64,000 bases of DNA from an uncultured Acidibacter sp. (lineage in GTDB: Bacteria > Pseudomonadota > Gammaproteobacteria > Steroidobacterales > Steroidobacteraceae): contig CAZSRB010000002.1 in NCBI GenBank assembly GCA_964609065.1, forward strand, positions 27,084-91,083, read 5' to 3'. Made by a program: the position numbers and the translations under genes. Below the pieces are notes generated by a model. The model saw only the letters and a list, made by a program, of their open reading frames with translations. It had not been told where the DNA came from and made no database searches. Of this stretch, positions 49,285 to 60,780 are shown piece by piece. Numbering within the stretch: position 1 is the stretch's first letter; each line of letters starts with the position of its first letter.

Positions 49285-50628
49285 ATGCTCGATAAGATCA
49301 TCATCGCCAATCGCGGCGAAATTGCCCTCAGAGTGCTGCGCGCCTGTCGCGAGCTCGGCATCAAAACGGTGGCCGTGCACTCAACCGCCGATGCCAACCT
49401 AAAGCACGTACTGTTGGCCGATGAGTCGGTATGCATCGGGCCTGCCGTCTCGACGCAAAGTTATCTCAACATGCCCTCCATCATTGCAGCCGCCGAGCTC
49501 ACCGATGCGGCGGCCATCCACCCCGGCTACGGATTTTTGTCCGAGAACGCGGACTTTGCCGAACGCGTCGAGCAAAGCGGCTTTATTTTCATTGGACCTA
49601 AGTCCGAGACGATTCGCTTGATGGGCGACAAAGTCTCAGCCATCAAAGTGATGAAACAACACGGTGTGCCGTGTGTGCCGGGCTCGGGCGAACCCTTAGG
49701 TCTGGATCCTGATGAGAATCTGCGCGTCGCGCGCGATATCGGTTACCCCGTCATCATCAAAGCCTCGGGCGGCGGTGGTGGGCGCGGAATGCGTGTCGTG
49801 CACAATCAGGCTGCGCTCTTGCATGCGATTAACGTCACCCGATCCGAAGCGCTCGCCGCTTTCGGTAATGACCAGATTTACATGGAGAAATTTCTCGAGA
49901 AGCCGCGGCACATCGAGTTCCAGATTCTCGCCGATCACCATGGCAACGTGATTCATCTGGGCGAGCGCGACTGCTCCATGCAGCGCCGACACCAGAAAAT
50001 CATTGAAGAGGCCCCTGCGCCGGGGATCACTGACGCTCAGCGCGCCCAAATGGGCGAGCGCGTAGTCGAGGCCTGCCGGGCGGTGGGCTATCGCAGCGCA
50101 GGTACGCTCGAATTTCTTTACGAGAACGGTGAGTTCTATTTCATTGAAATGAACACCCGTATTCAGGTCGAACACCCGGTGACGGAAATCGTTACGGGAA
50201 TCGATCTGGTGAAGGCTCAGCTGATGATCGCCGCCGGCGAGAAACTGCCGTGGACGCAAGATGACGTCGTCCTGCGAGGGCATGCGCTCGAATGTCGCAT
50301 TAATGCGGAAGATCCGAAGACGTTCATGCCGTCCCCCGGCCCCGTGCGCCTATGGCACGCGCCAGGCGGTCCTGGGATTCGGGTCGATAGCCATCTCTAC
50401 AGTGGCTACAGCGTTCCACCCCATTACGATTCTTTGATCGCCAAATTAATCTCCTACGGGGATAACCGACAGGAAGCGATCGCAAGAATGCGAAATGCGC
50501 TATCGGAAATGGTGGTGGAAGGCATTAAAAACAATGGGCCTTTGCACCAAGAAATTCTCGCTCATGCGGCCTTTGAACGCGGCGGTCTCGATATTCACTA
50601 TCTCGAGCGTAGGCTCGGACTCAAGTAA
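49285..50628 (+). CDS. accC: Acetyl-CoA carboxylase biotin carboxylase subunit
   Basis: [21 protein letters not shown] and ATP-grasp motifs. Start set at ATG 49285. Confidence 0.96.
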   Translation: MLDKIIIANRGEIALRVLRACRELGIKTVAVHSTADANLKHVLLADESVCIGPAVSTQSYLNMPSIIAAAELTDAAAIHPGYGFLSENADFAERVEQSGFIFIGPKSETIRLMGDKVSAIKVMKQHGVPCVPGSGEPLGLDPDENLRVARDIGYPVIIKASGGGGGRGMRVVHNQAALLHAINVTRSEALAAFGNDQIYMEKFLEKPRHIEFQILADHHGNVIHLGERDCSMQRRHQKIIEEAPAPGITDAQRAQMGERVVEACRAVGYRSAGTLEFLYENGEFYFIEMNTRIQVEHPVTEIVTGIDLVKAQLMIAAGEKLPWTQDDVVLRGHALECRINAEDPKTFMPSPGPVRLWHAPGGPGIRVDSHLYSGYSVPPHYDSLIAKLISYGDNRQEAIARMRNALSEMVVEGIKNNGPLHQEILAHAAFERGGLDIHYLERRLGLK

Positions 50629-50658
50629 GCCGCGAGCTTGCACGAGAGATCGATCCTG

Positions 50659-51576
50659 ATGGCGGTGATTGCCCTTCGTCTTGCACTCGAGTCGGAAGAT
50701 GCCCGTGACCCGCTACGCGCCGAAGAGATCGAGCAGGTATTCTTTGATGCGGGTGCGCTCTCGGTGGTCCTCACCGATCAGCGCGATGATCCGGTGCTCG
50801 AACCCAAGCCCGGTGAGGTTCGTCTTTGGCCGGCGACGCAACTTGAGGCCCTCTTTGCCGCCGATAGTCCGTCGTTGACCGAAGCCGGTCTGGCTGAACT
50901 CGCAACGGCTACCGGCTATGCACCCTCAGAATTTCACACGGAGCCCATCGCCGATCGCGCTTGGGAGCGGGAATGGCTTCGCGACTATGAGCCTCTGCGT
51001 TTTGGGGAGCGACTCTGGATCTGCCCGACTCATCATGTGCTGGATGAGCCAGGGGCCATCATCGTGCACTTGGATCCGGGCCTCGCCTTTGGTACGGGTA
51101 CGCATGCAACCACGCGACTCTGTCTCGAATTCTTAGATAGCTGGCGCGGCCCACTTGATCGCATGATTGACTATGGCTGTGGCTCGGGCATTCTCGCGCT
51201 TGCAGCCTTGCGGCTCGGTGTCAAAGAAGCCTGGGTTCATGATATTGACCCGCAAGCACTCGAGGCGACCGAGGAGAATGCCCGTCGTAATGGTGTGCAA
51301 GCGCAAATTCGCCCCTACACAGAGGCCGATCACCTACAGGCGGATCGTCAATCTCTCGGGCCGGCTCCGCTTGTGGTCGCAAATATTTTGGCGGCGCCAC
51401 TCATTGAGCTTGCAGGATCACTTTCTCAGCTACTCGCGCCGGGTGGCACGCTGGTACTAGCGGGTCTCTTGACGCCGCAAGCCGAAGAGGTCATCGCGGC
51501 CTACCGGCCTTGGGTGCCGCTCACGATTTGGCGCGAGCAAGACGGTTGGGCCTGTCTCGTCGGTCAGCGCTCATGA
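50659..51576 (+). CDS. prmA: Ribosomal protein L11 methyltransferase
   Basis: SAM motif DYGCGSGILA and a PrmA N-terminal domain. Start set at ATG 50659. Confidence 0.9.
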   Translation: MAVIALRLALESEDARDPLRAEEIEQVFFDAGALSVVLTDQRDDPVLEPKPGEVRLWPATQLEALFAADSPSLTEAGLAELATATGYAPSEFHTEPIADRAWEREWLRDYEPLRFGERLWICPTHHVLDEPGAIIVHLDPGLAFGTGTHATTRLCLEFLDSWRGPLDRMIDYGCGSGILALAALRLGVKEAWVHDIDPQALEATEENARRNGVQAQIRPYTEADHLQADRQSLGPAPLVVANILAAPLIELAGSLSQLLAPGGTLVLAGLLTPQAEEVIAAYRPWVPLTIWREQDGWACLVGQRS

Positions 51577-52652
51577 GTGTTATGGAGACCCCGACGTCTG
51601 GTCTCGCCCCGACACCGGGTGCGTGGCAGATCGGACGCTGGACCATTGCGGCACCGGTCGTACTCGCACCCATGGCGGGCGTCACCGACCGACCATTTCG
51701 CATGCTGGCGCGGCAATGGGGGGCGGGACTTGCCGCCTCGGAAATGATCACCTCGGACGAGCGCCTCTGGCACTCAAGGAAAAGCCGGCTACGACGCGAT
51801 CATGCCGGTGAAGCCGAGCCCCGTGTCGTGCAGCTCGCTGGGGCGGAGCCTGCCGTGATGGCACAGGCCGCGCGTCGGAACGTCGATCTCGGCGCTCAAA
51901 TCATTGATATCAATATGGGCTGTCCGGCTAAAAAAGTCTGTAACCGACTCTGCGGCTCTGCGTTGCTACAGGATGAGGATCTGGTGGCACGCATTCTTGA
52001 GGCCGTGGTCGAGGCCGTCACCCCACTGGGCGTCCCCGTGACGCTGAAAACGCGTACCGGCTGGGATCGGGAACATCGTAACGCGGCGCGCATTGCGCGT
52101 ATTGCTGAGCAAGCGGGGATCGCGGCGCTCGCCCTGCATGGTCGGACCCGCGCGGATTTTTACCAGGGCGAGGCCGAGCACCAGACCCTCGCCGCCATCC
52201 GCGATGCGGTCTCTATTCCACTGATCGCCAACGGCGATATCCGCTCAGCCGAGCAGGCGCGAGGAGTGCATCAACAGACGCGTGCCGAGGCGGTTATGCT
52301 CGGCCGTGCAGCGCAGGGCGCACCGTGGATTTTTCGCGATATTCGCGCACATCTACTCGGTGAAGCTCAACCGGAGCCGCTCTCGCACGCGACGCTGCGT
52401 GCTATAGTCCTAGGGCATTTACAGGCGATTTACGCGTTTTACGGCGAAGAATCCGGCCTGCGAATCGCACGCAAACACCTCGCTTGGTACAGCGCCCTAC
52501 TCCCGGATGCGTCGTCCGCTCGGACCGCGTTCATGGGCTCGGCGTCGACCGCAGAACAGTTTGCTTGCGCGGCGCAGCGATTCGACGAGTGGGCGCAGGC
52601 GGAGAGCGACTCATGGCAACACCCGACACCCTCCCTGACTCCTTGCCGTTAA
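51573..52652 (+). CDS. dusB: tRNA-dihydrouridine synthase B
   Basis: LAPMAGVTDRPFR and DINMGCPAKKV. ATGA overlap with the prmA stop. Confidence 0.9.
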   Translation: MSVMETPTSGLAPTPGAWQIGRWTIAAPVVLAPMAGVTDRPFRMLARQWGAGLAASEMITSDERLWHSRKSRLRRDHAGEAEPRVVQLAGAEPAVMAQAARRNVDLGAQIIDINMGCPAKKVCNRLCGSALLQDEDLVARILEAVVEAVTPLGVPVTLKTRTGWDREHRNAARIARIAEQAGIAALALHGRTRADFYQGEAEHQTLAAIRDAVSIPLIANGDIRSAEQARGVHQQTRAEAVMLGRAAQGAPWIFRDIRAHLLGEAQPEPLSHATLRAIVLGHLQAIYAFYGEESGLRIARKHLAWYSALLPDASSARTAFMGSASTAEQFACAAQRFDEWAQAESDSWQHPTPSLTPCR

Positions 52653-52867
52653 GGGGACATGCTGAACGGGCCTTTGAAGACTATCTTCAACAATTAAATG
52701 GTCATCCGAGCGGCGGGCTTTATGAGCTCGCATTGCGCGAAATCGAAGAGCCGCTCTTTCGAGTCGTCTTGCGTCACGTGGATGGCAACCAAAGTCGTGC
52801 GGCGGACATCCTTGGGATTCATCGCGCAACGCTGCGCCGCAAGCTACGCGATTTGGGGCTCTCCTAA
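52613..52867 (+). CDS. fis: Fis-family nucleoid-associated DNA-binding protein
   Basis: 84 aa with C-terminal [24 protein letters not shown]. The start lies 40 nt inside dusB. Confidence 0.88.
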   Translation: MATPDTLPDSLPLRGHAERAFEDYLQQLNGHPSGGLYELALREIEEPLFRVVLRHVDGNQSRAADILGIHRATLRRKLRDLGLS

Positions 52868-54432
52868 TGACTACGGTGGTGCGCCGAGCGCTGATCTCGG
52901 TATCCGATAAAACGGGCGTGATCGAACTCGCTAAGGCCTTAGCCGAGCGCGGTGTCGCCATCCTGTCCACCGGCGGGACGGCACGTCTACTCACCGAACA
53001 GGGCATCGCCGTCACCGAGGTCTCACAGCACACGGGCTTCCCCGAAATCATGGATGGGCGGGTGAAAACCCTACATCCTCGTATTCATGGGGGCCTCCTT
53101 GGCCGACGTGGCGTGGATGAGAGCGTCATGGCCCTGCACGGCATCGACCGGATTGATTTGCTGGTCGTCAATCTTTATCCCTTTGCTGAGACCGTGGCGC
53201 GGCCTGCCTGTACCTATGCCGAAGCCATCGAAAATATTGATATCGGCGGCCCGGCGATGGTGCGCGCCGCCTCCAAAAATCATGATGCGGTCACCGTACT
53301 CGTGGATCCTGCCGACTATGCGGCGGTGCTCGCAGAGCTCGATGCGAATGACGGCGCCACCACGCCTCCTTTGCGTGCTTGGCTCGCGGCCAAAGCGTTT
53401 GCGCACACGGCGCGTTACGACACAATGGTGGCCAATTATTTGCAGGCTCGAAATCCCGCGCCGGGCATGAGCTTTCCCCAGGCCTTACCACTGGTCTACG
53501 AAAAAGCCCAAGATTTACGCTACGGCGAAAACCCTCATCAAAAAGCGGCTTTTTATCGTGAGCCCACGCCGCGCGCCGCGACCATTGCCAGCGCTAAAGT
53601 GCGGCAGGGCAAAGAATTGTCCTACAACAATATCGCCGATGCAGATACGGCCATCGAGTGCGTGCGTCAGTTTCGCACCCCCGCCTGCGTCATCGTCAAG
53701 CACGCCAACCCCTGCGGTGTGGCGACGGCTGAGAGCTTACTCGCCAGCTATGAAGCCGCGTGGCGTACCGACCCCACCTCGGCATTTGGCGGCATCATCG
53801 CTTTCAATGGTGAAGTCGATGGCGCACTCGCCAAGACCATGATGGATCGACAATTCATTGAAGTCTTGGTCGCGCCCAAGTTTTCAGCGGACGCACTCGA
53901 AGCGCTCGCAGCCAAGCCGAATATTCGTGTATTGGAGTTGGGCGACCTGCCGCAAGACAGCGGCGTCGAGCTCGAATATCGCACGGTGTCGGGTGGTCTC
54001 CTCGCGCAAAGCCGTGATGATGGCCGCATCACCCTGCAGGATTTGAAAATCGTCAGCCAGCGTCAACCGAGCGAAGCAGAGCTCAAAGATCTGCTGTTTG
54101 CTTGGCAGGTGTGCAAATTCGTCAAATCGAACGCCATTGTCTATGCGCGAGATCAAGCGACAGTGGGGGTCGGCGCTGGGCAAATGAGCCGCGTGTACTC
54201 GAGTCGCGTCGCAGCCATGAAAGCCGCTGACGAAAAACTTGAGGTCAAAGGCGCTGTGATGGCCTCTGATGCATTTTTCCCGTTTCGCGATGGTCTCGAT
54301 GTCGCCGCAGAATATGGCATCGCCGCTGTCATCCAGCCGGGCGGCAGCTTGCGCGATAACGAGGTGATCGCCGCCGCTGATGAGCATGGTATCGCCATGG
54401 TCTTCACCGGCATGCGGCATTTCAGACACTGA
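52867..54432 (+). CDS. purH: Bifunctional AICAR transformylase / IMP cyclohydrolase
   Basis: [21 protein letters not shown] and the C-terminal [14 protein letters not shown] overlap with the fis stop. Confidence 0.96.
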   Translation: MTTVVRRALISVSDKTGVIELAKALAERGVAILSTGGTARLLTEQGIAVTEVSQHTGFPEIMDGRVKTLHPRIHGGLLGRRGVDESVMALHGIDRIDLLVVNLYPFAETVARPACTYAEAIENIDIGGPAMVRAASKNHDAVTVLVDPADYAAVLAELDANDGATTPPLRAWLAAKAFAHTARYDTMVANYLQARNPAPGMSFPQALPLVYEKAQDLRYGENPHQKAAFYREPTPRAATIASAKVRQGKELSYNNIADADTAIECVRQFRTPACVIVKHANPCGVATAESLLASYEAAWRTDPTSAFGGIIAFNGEVDGALAKTMMDRQFIEVLVAPKFSADALEALAAKPNIRVLELGDLPQDSGVELEYRTVSGGLLAQSRDDGRITLQDLKIVSQRQPSEAELKDLLFAWQVCKFVKSNAIVYARDQATVGVGAGQMSRVYSSRVAAMKAADEKLEVKGAVMASDAFFPFRDGLDVAAEYGIAAVIQPGGSLRDNEVIAAADEHGIAMVFTGMRHFRH

Positions 54433-54447
54433 CAGCGGGAGCAGGGC

Positions 54448-55731
54448 TTGAGCTACAAAGTATTGGTGGTCGGCGGCGGTGGACGAGAACACGCGCTCGC
54501 TTGGAAATGTGCGAGCTCAGCTCGCGTCACGCAAGTCTTCGTCGCCCCAGGTAACGCCGGTACGGCGCTCGAGAGCAAAGTCCATAACGTCCCCATTGCC
54601 GCCGATGACGTACCCGCCTTGGTCGCCTTCGCGCAGCAAGAAAAGATCGATCTCACCATCATTGGGCCCGAAGCGCCGCTCGTACTCGGTGTGGTTGATG
54701 CCTTCGAGGCCGCCGGTTTACGCTGCTTTGGGCCGCGGCAAGCCGCCGCACAGCTCGAGGGATCCAAGTCCTACACCAAAGCCTTTCTCGCCCGTCACGG
54801 GATCCCGACCGCCGCCTACGCCTGCTTCACCCGCGAAACCTTTGACGAAGCCTGGGTTCGCGCGCAGCGTACTCCGCTCGTCGTCAAGGCGAGTGGTCTC
54901 GCGGCCGGTAAGGGTGTGATCATCGTTGATCAGGTGGAAGAGGCGATTGCCACAGCTCATGACATGTTTGCGGGGCGCTTTGGCGATGCAGGCAAGGAAA
55001 TCGTTATAGAAGAATTTCTGCCTGGCGAAGAAGCGAGCTTCATCGTTATGGCGAGCGGCACACAGGTTGCCGCTTTTGCCACCTCACAAGACCACAAACG
55101 CCGTGATGATGGCGACCAAGGACCCAACACCGGCGGTATGGGTGCCTACTCGCCCGCTCCCGTCGTCACGCCTGCGCTACACGAGCGTGTGATGTGCGAG
55201 GTGATCGAGCCGACGCTACGGGGTCTTGCGGCCGAGGGCACGCCCTATTTGGGCTTTTTGTATGCCGGCTTAATGATTGCCCCCGATGGGACCCCTAACG
55301 TCCTCGAATTCAACTGTCGTTTTGGCGATCCGGAGACCCAACCGATCATGGCGCGTTTGCAATCGGATCTGACCGAGCTATGCGATGCGGCGCTTGATCA
55401 GCGACTGGATGCGGTGGACATGCAGTGGGATCCCCGCGCGGCGCTCGGTGTGGTACTCGCCGCCGAGGGCTACCCCGACGCCGTCCGCAAAGGCGATGTG
55501 ATCCAAGGGCTCGACGCTGCCGCCGCTCTCCCCGGTAAAGTGTTTCACGCAGGGACTCGCCTTGAGAATGGCGCAGTCGTGACCGATGGCGGCAGAGTGC
55601 TCTGCGCCGTGGGTTTGGGTGATCAGGTGAGCGCCGCCCAAGTAGCGGCCTATGCGCTCGTCCAACAGATTGATTGGCGCGGCATGCAGTACCGCCAAGA
55701 TATCGGTTACCGCGCGATCGAGCGGGAGTAA
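54448..55731 (+). CDS. purD: Phosphoribosylamine-glycine ligase
   Basis: [17 protein letters not shown] and an ATP-grasp core. The apparent start codon is TTG at 54448. Confidence 0.93.
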   Translation: MSYKVLVVGGGGREHALAWKCASSARVTQVFVAPGNAGTALESKVHNVPIAADDVPALVAFAQQEKIDLTIIGPEAPLVLGVVDAFEAAGLRCFGPRQAAAQLEGSKSYTKAFLARHGIPTAAYACFTRETFDEAWVRAQRTPLVVKASGLAAGKGVIIVDQVEEAIATAHDMFAGRFGDAGKEIVIEEFLPGEEASFIVMASGTQVAAFATSQDHKRRDDGDQGPNTGGMGAYSPAPVVTPALHERVMCEVIEPTLRGLAAEGTPYLGFLYAGLMIAPDGTPNVLEFNCRFGDPETQPIMARLQSDLTELCDAALDQRLDAVDMQWDPRAALGVVLAAEGYPDAVRKGDVIQGLDAAAALPGKVFHAGTRLENGAVVTDGGRVLCAVGLGDQVSAAQVAAYALVQQIDWRGMQYRQDIGYRAIERE

Positions 55732-55764
55732 TCCCGCCCGATCACGCGATGCCTTAAGGCACGG

Positions 55765-57021
55765 TCAGCGCTTCATCGCCTCGAAAAATTCACTATTCGT
55801 CTTAGTGTCTTTCATCTTATCGAGCAGGAACTCGATCGCAGCGAGCTCGTCCATCGGATGCAGCAGCTTGCGCAAAATCCACATCTTCGCGAGCTCACTC
55901 TGATCGGTAATGAGCTCTTCTTTGCGGGTGCCTGAGCGATTGATATTGATCGCTGGGAAGACACGCTTCTCGGCAATACGTCGATCCAAGTGAATTTCAC
56001 TATTACCGGTGCCTTTGAATTCTTCAAAGATCACATCATCCATCTTCGAGCCCGTATCAACGAGTGCGGTTGCCAAAATCGTCAGCGAACCGCCCTCTTC
56101 GATGTTACGTGCCGCACCAAAGAAACGCTTCGGTCGCTGCAGTGCGTTCGCATCCACACCACCCGTCAGCACCTTGCCTGAGCTCGGTACCACAGTGTTG
56201 TAGGCGCGCGCCAGACGGGTGATCGAATCGAGCAAAATCACCACGTCTTTTTTGTGCTCAACAAGACGCTTGGCCTTCTCGATCACCATCTCGGCAACCT
56301 GCACGTGACGGGCAGCGGGCTCATCAAAGGTCGATGACACCACTTCGCCTTTCACCGTGCGCTGCATCTCGGTGACTTCCTCTGGGCGCTCATCGATCAA
56401 AAGCACGATGAGATACACCTCGGGATGATTCGCCGTAATCGATGTCGCAATATTTTGGAGCAGCATCGTCTTACCGGCTTTCGGCGGCGAGACGATCAAC
56501 CCACGTTGACCTTTACCGATCGGCGCACAGAGATCAATCGCGCGCGCAGTGAGGTCTTCGGTGGATCCGTTACCACGCTCGAGCTTCAAGCGCTGCGTCG
56601 GATGCAAGGGCGTCAGGTTTTCAAATAAGACCTTGCTCCGAGCATTTTCCGGCGAATCAAAATTGATCTCGCCCACCTTCATGAGCGCAAAGTAACGCTC
56701 GCCATCTTTGGGTGGACGGATGATGCCGGTGATCGAATCACCGGTACGCAAATTAAAGCGCCGAATTTGTGCCGGGCTGACATAGATATCATCGGGACCG
56801 GCCAGATAAGACCCATCTGCCGAGCGAAGAAATCCAAATCCGTCTTGCAGGATCTCAAGCACCCCTTCGCCGTAGATCCCCTCGCCCTTACGCGCATGCG
56901 CCTTCAGCAAGCTGAAAATAATGTCCTGCTTGCGCGAGCGGGCCATGTTTTCCACGCCGTAATTGGTGGCGACTTCGACCAATTTACTGATCGGCATCGC
57001 CTTCAGCGTGGTGAGGTTCAT
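55765..57021 (-). CDS. rho: Transcription termination factor Rho
   Basis: The canonical 419-aa form starts [14 protein letters not shown]. Walker A is PPKAGKT. The frame stays open upstream to GTG 57222 (see findings). Confidence 0.93.
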   Translation of the reverse strand: MNLTTLKAMPISKLVEVATNYGVENMARSRKQDIIFSLLKAHARKGEGIYGEGVLEILQDGFGFLRSADGSYLAGPDDIYVSPAQIRRFNLRTGDSITGIIRPPKDGERYFALMKVGEINFDSPENARSKVLFENLTPLHPTQRLKLERGNGSTEDLTARAIDLCAPIGKGQRGLIVSPPKAGKTMLLQNIATSITANHPEVYLIVLLIDERPEEVTEMQRTVKGEVVSSTFDEPAARHVQVAEMVIEKAKRLVEHKKDVVILLDSITRLARAYNTVVPSSGKVLTGGVDANALQRPKRFFGAARNIEEGGSLTILATALVDTGSKMDDVIFEEFKGTGNSEIHLDRRIAEKRVFPAININRSGTRKEELITDQSELAKMWILRKLLHPMDELAAIEFLLDKMKDTKTNSEFFEAMKR

Positions 57022-57218
57022 GGAGTTACGCGATAACGCGAGCTCCTCGGCACTGATGATTTCGGCATCTTCGCCAGAATCAATGAACGGCGCGTGATCG
57101 ACCGGCTCGTCATGCATCGGCCCGCCGACGTTACCGTGTCGCTGACCGCGATTGGGGTCACGATTGCCGTGACGCTTAGAGCGCTGTCTACCGCCTTGAT
57201 TACCCAAGTAACCGCCTC

Positions 57219-57548
57219 TCACAGGTGACTATCCAAAAAGGCCGCCAGTTGCGAGCGCGATACGGCACCCACTTTCTGGGCTTCCACCGCACCGTTCTTG
57301 AACAAAATCAAGGTCGGAATGCCGCGAATGCCAAACTTCGGCGGCGTCTGCGGATTCTCGTCAATGTTTAATTTCGCGATCTGCAGTCGATCAGCGTAAT
57401 CGCCCGCCAACTCATCAAGGATGGGGGCAATCATCTTGCATGGGCCGCACCACTCTGCCCAAAAATCAAGCAACACGGGCTTGTCGGACTTGAGAACATC
57501 AGACTCAAAAGTGGCGTCACTGGTATTGATGATGTGAGGACTGCTCAC
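57219..57548 (-). CDS. trxA: Thioredoxin 1
   Basis: [18 protein letters not shown] start is preceded by GGAGG 6 nt upstream. Confidence 0.95.
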   Translation of the reverse strand: MSSPHIINTSDATFESDVLKSDKPVLLDFWAEWCGPCKMIAPILDELAGDYADRLQIAKLNIDENPQTPPKFGIRGIPTLILFKNGAVEAQKVGAVSRSQLAAFLDSHL

Positions 57549-57839
57549 GCGCTGAACCTCCGCTGGGAGTGGTAGAAAATGAAAATAGAATGTTGTCGGA
57601 TTTTGAGAGTGTGGCTGCCGGTGCCGAGGGACTTGGGATGTCCGGGGACCGTCAAACGGTTACACTAGACCGTATCGAGATTTCTTTAACTATGCCTCTG
57701 GAAAAACCAGAATTTAATGATGTTGCGACGTGGGGTTCGGTGCCTGACTGGGGCAGAACGCCCGTCTGGGAAGCTTTTTTAGCCAATTCCATCAGCATTT
57801 GCAAGCATCCTTCGCACAATTGATCCATGATGGTATTCG

Positions 57840-59159
57840 ATGACTGACACACACCTCTCTGAGCTCTCCTTCGACACACTACAACTTGAGCCCTCTCTCA
57901 TGCAGGGAATCGCCGAAGCGGGCTTCAGTCGCTGCACCCCCATTCAAGCTCAAACATTACCGATCGCCCTAGAAGGGCGTGATGTGGCGGGACAAGCGCA
58001 AACTGGGACAGGTAAGACGGCCGCCTTCCTGGTGGCCTTATTCCAGAATTTATTACGGCGCCCGCCCAGCGAGAACCGCGCCCCGACGGCGATCCGCGCG
58101 CTGGTGATCGCGCCGACCCGCGAACTGGCCGTGCAAATCCACAAAGATGCTATCGCACTCGGTAAACACACGGGCTTACGCATAGCAGTCGTCTTCGGTG
58201 GAGTGGACTACGAGAAACAGCGGCGTGACCTCGAGGGTGGGATCGATGTCCTCATTGGAACTCCCGGTCGCATTATCGATTACTACAAACAGCACGTCTT
58301 TGAGTTACGTGAAGCGCAAGCGGTGGTGCTCGATGAAGCCGATCGTATGTTTGATCTCGGGTTCATTGCGGATATCCGCTACATGCTGCGCCGCCTGCCA
58401 CCTCCGGATCAACGTCAGTCTATGTTGTTCTCCGCGACCTTGTCGCAACGCGTACTGGAGCTTGCGTACGAGCATATGAATGACCCTGAGCTCGTGCGCA
58501 TTGAGCCCGAGCGCATCACCGCCGAACGAGTACGCCAGGTTGTGTACTACCCGGCGATGGAAGAAAAAATACCTTTATTGATTGGCTTACTGCGCAAGAT
58601 GGATCCCCATCGCACCATGGTGTTCGTCAACACCAAGCGCATGGCCGAACGCCTAGAGGATGTCCTACGCGCGAACGGTATTGATGCGCAGGCACTCTCG
58701 GGTGATGTGCCGCAGAAAAAACGACTGCGCTTTCTCAAAGATTTTCATGAAGGCAAATTGGCCGTCCTGATTGCCACGGATGTCGCCTCGCGCGGCTTGC
58801 ACATTCCCGAAGTCAGTCACGTCTTCAACTATGATTTGCCGCAAGACTGCGCGGACTATGTCCATCGCATCGGTCGCACCGCGCGCGCGGGCGCAGAGGG
58901 AGATGCGATCAGTTTTGCCTGCGAAGAGTACGCGGTCGGACTCCCGGACATCGAAAAATACATAGGCAATAAGATCCCTTATGAGCCCATCGCCAGCGAA
59001 CTACTCGCCACCGAACTCCATTGGCCGCCTCGACGCCCGATGAAAGATCGGGGTGGGGATCGGCGCTCAGGCGGTGACCACCGGCCTGGCGGTGAACGTC
59101 GCGCAGGAGGAGATCGCCGCTCTGGGGGTCCGCGTCGCGGCGCCTCCCCGAGACGCTAA
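57840..59159 (+). CDS. rhlB: ATP-dependent RNA helicase RhlB
   Basis: Q-motif, [21 protein letters not shown] and [10 protein letters not shown]. Arg/Gly-rich C-terminal tail. It is divergent from trxA-rho, as in E. coli. Confidence 0.9.
   Translation: MTDTHLSELSFDTLQLEPSLMQGIAEAGFSRCTPIQAQTLPIALEGRDVAGQAQTGTGKTAAFLVALFQNLLRRPPSENRAPTAIRALVIAPTRELAVQIHKDAIALGKHTGLRIAVVFGGVDYEKQRRDLEGGIDVLIGTPGRIIDYYKQHVFELREAQAVVLDEADRMFDLGFIADIRYMLRRLPPPDQRQSMLFSATLSQRVLELAYEHMNDPELVRIEPERITAERVRQVVYYPAMEEKIPLLIGLLRKMDPHRTMVFVNTKRMAERLEDVLRANGIDAQALSGDVPQKKRLRFLKDFHEGKLAVLIATDVASRGLHIPEVSHVFNYDLPQDCADYVHRIGRTARAGAEGDAISFACEEYAVGLPDIEKYIGNKIPYEPIASELLATELHWPPRRPMKDRGGDRRSGGDHRPGGERRAGGDRRSGGPRRGASPRR
59052..59141 (+). 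repeat. 5 x 18-bp in-frame tandem repeat encoding GG(D/E/P)(R/H)R(S/P/A/G)
   Basis: Translation is [30 protein letters not shown]. The period of 18 nt is visible at the DNA level. Confidence 0.8.
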
Positions 59160-59169
59160 GCGCTACTCA

Positions 59170-59196
59170 AAAAATGCGCGCGTAGAGGCGCGCATA
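59170..59196 (-). terminator. Rho-independent terminator between convergent rhlB and yrfG-like genes
   Basis: Stem ATGCGCGC (59175-59182)/GCGCGCAT (59189-59196). On the minus strand it is followed by TTTTTT (59175-59170); the plus-strand tail is weaker. Confidence 0.65.
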
Positions 59197-59218
59197 GACT
59201 TAATTATTGTCGGCGAGC

Positions 59219-59902
59219 TCACAATAGATCGATCACACCCTCGATCGATTCAATCTCGTGGTGATTCGCCTCGCGGGAAGTATCGGGGCGTCTGACGCCA
59301 TACACCCAGGCGATCCCCGCCGTGCTCGCGGACTGCAGCACCGCTTTACTGTCATCGGCAAATAAGGTTCGAGCGGGATCAAAACCTTCGGCCTCGCGAG
59401 CGCGTTGCCAAAATAATTGATCTTCCTTCGGCGCGCCAAAGCCGTGCGAGGTATAGGCGGCATCTAAGAAATCAAGCACTCCTGTCTGCTGGTGCTTAAT
59501 CTCCAAAATAGTCGGATGGGAATTGGTCATCAGCGTCAACCGCTTACCCCGCTCCCGCAGGGTCTCAAGAAACCGTCGCGCGCCGGGTAGCCAGCCTGCA
59601 CGATGCGCCTCTTCGCGATGCACGGCGGCAATATCAATCCCGAGCTCTGCAGACCAATAATCGATGGAATACCAAGACAGGGTACCGGCCACCCGATGAA
59701 ACCGCGGGGCAAGCTCTGCGTGCGTCTCCGCGAGCGATAAGCCTTCGCGTTCAGCAAAGATTTCAGGGACTCTCGCTAACCAAATGTAATTATCGAAGGC
59801 AAGGTCCAGCAGCGTGCCATCCAGATCGAGCAGCACAGTATCGATGGCATCCCAATCGACCGGTCGACTAGGGTGCGTTGCGGGGCGGTCGGTATCACTC
59901 AT
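59219..59902 (-). CDS. yrfG: HAD-family GMP/IMP nucleotidase (YrfG-like)
   Basis: IDTVLLDLDGTLLDLAFDNYIW ... LSWYSIDYWSAELGIDI closely parallels the remembered E. coli YrfG sequence. Confidence 0.85.
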   Translation of the reverse strand: MSDTDRPATHPSRPVDWDAIDTVLLDLDGTLLDLAFDNYIWLARVPEIFAEREGLSLAETHAELAPRFHRVAGTLSWYSIDYWSAELGIDIAAVHREEAHRAGWLPGARRFLETLRERGKRLTLMTNSHPTILEIKHQQTGVLDFLDAAYTSHGFGAPKEDQLFWQRAREAEGFDPARTLFADDSKAVLQSASTAGIAWVYGVRRPDTSREANHHEIESIEGVIDLL

Positions 59903-59910
59903 GCGCGGGT

Positions 59911-60780
59911 ATGATACGGCCTATGGGGTCTTCACCGCTCACCGACCTGCACCTGCATAGCACCGCCTCGGACGGTGTGCTCGCGCCCGACGCGCTGATG
60001 CACTACGTCGCCGAGCACGGCCTGCAACACGTCGCGCTGACTGATCACGATACCCTCGCCGGCGGCGCGCAAGCGGCTGAGGCCGCCGCTCAGTGTGGCC
60101 TACGACTGACGCTGGGGGTCGAGCTCTCCTGTCAATGGCAGGGGCGCAGCCTGCACGTGCTCGGGCTGGGGCTGCCGCTGGGTCGCGATGAGCGAGTGGA
60201 GCAAACCCTTGAGCCACATCTGCGGGAGCTCAGAGCTTTGCGCATCGCTCGGCTGCAGGAAATGGCTGAACGCCTCGCCCGCAAGGGGAAAATCCCCGCC
60301 CCCGAGTGGCTTGATAGCTTGCTGGCAGAGCACCCGCTGCCCACGCGCCTGCATCTGGCGCGCGCGCTACACGCACGCGGATACGTCAAAAGCCTGCAGG
60401 AGGCTTTTGATCGCTGGCTGGGATCCAAGTGCCCGGCGCATGTGCCCGAGCAATGGCCCGAGCTTGAACCGACACTCGCCGTCCTTCGCGCTGCCGGCGC
60501 CCTACCGGTGCTCGCGCACGCGCATCGTTACCGGCTCTCAAACGGCGCGCTCTCGCGCTTAGTGGGTGAATTTGCCGCAGCGGGCGGACTTGGGCTGGAG
60601 GTGAGCGTCGGCGGTATGGCCCGCCATGACCTCGATCGTCTGGCGACGCTGGCTCGGCGGTGGGGGCTGGCCGCCTCCGCAGGCTCAGATTTCCACGACC
60701 CTGCACTGCCATGGCATCGACCGGGGCGCTTCGCTAAGCTACCGGATGATTTGGAACCGATTGCGGCGCGACTCCCATGA
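59911..60780 (+). CDS. PHP-domain phosphoesterase (TrpH/YciV, RNase AM-like)
   Basis: DLHLHSTASDG and LTDHDT motifs. Start is ATG 59911 or 59923. Confidence 0.85.
   Translation: MIRPMGSSPLTDLHLHSTASDGVLAPDALMHYVAEHGLQHVALTDHDTLAGGAQAAEAAAQCGLRLTLGVELSCQWQGRSLHVLGLGLPLGRDERVEQTLEPHLRELRALRIARLQEMAERLARKGKIPAPEWLDSLLAEHPLPTRLHLARALHARGYVKSLQEAFDRWLGSKCPAHVPEQWPELEPTLAVLRAAGALPVLAHAHRYRLSNGALSRLVGEFAAAGGLGLEVSVGGMARHDLDRLATLARRWGLAASAGSDFHDPALPWHRPGRFAKLPDDLEPIAARLP

Noticed and set aside
57569-57823. 84-aa ORF in the trxA-rhlB divergent intergenic region
   Set aside because: No SD, no motif and AT-rich promoter-like sequence. This 290-bp spacer most likely holds the two divergent promoters, as in E. 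coli.
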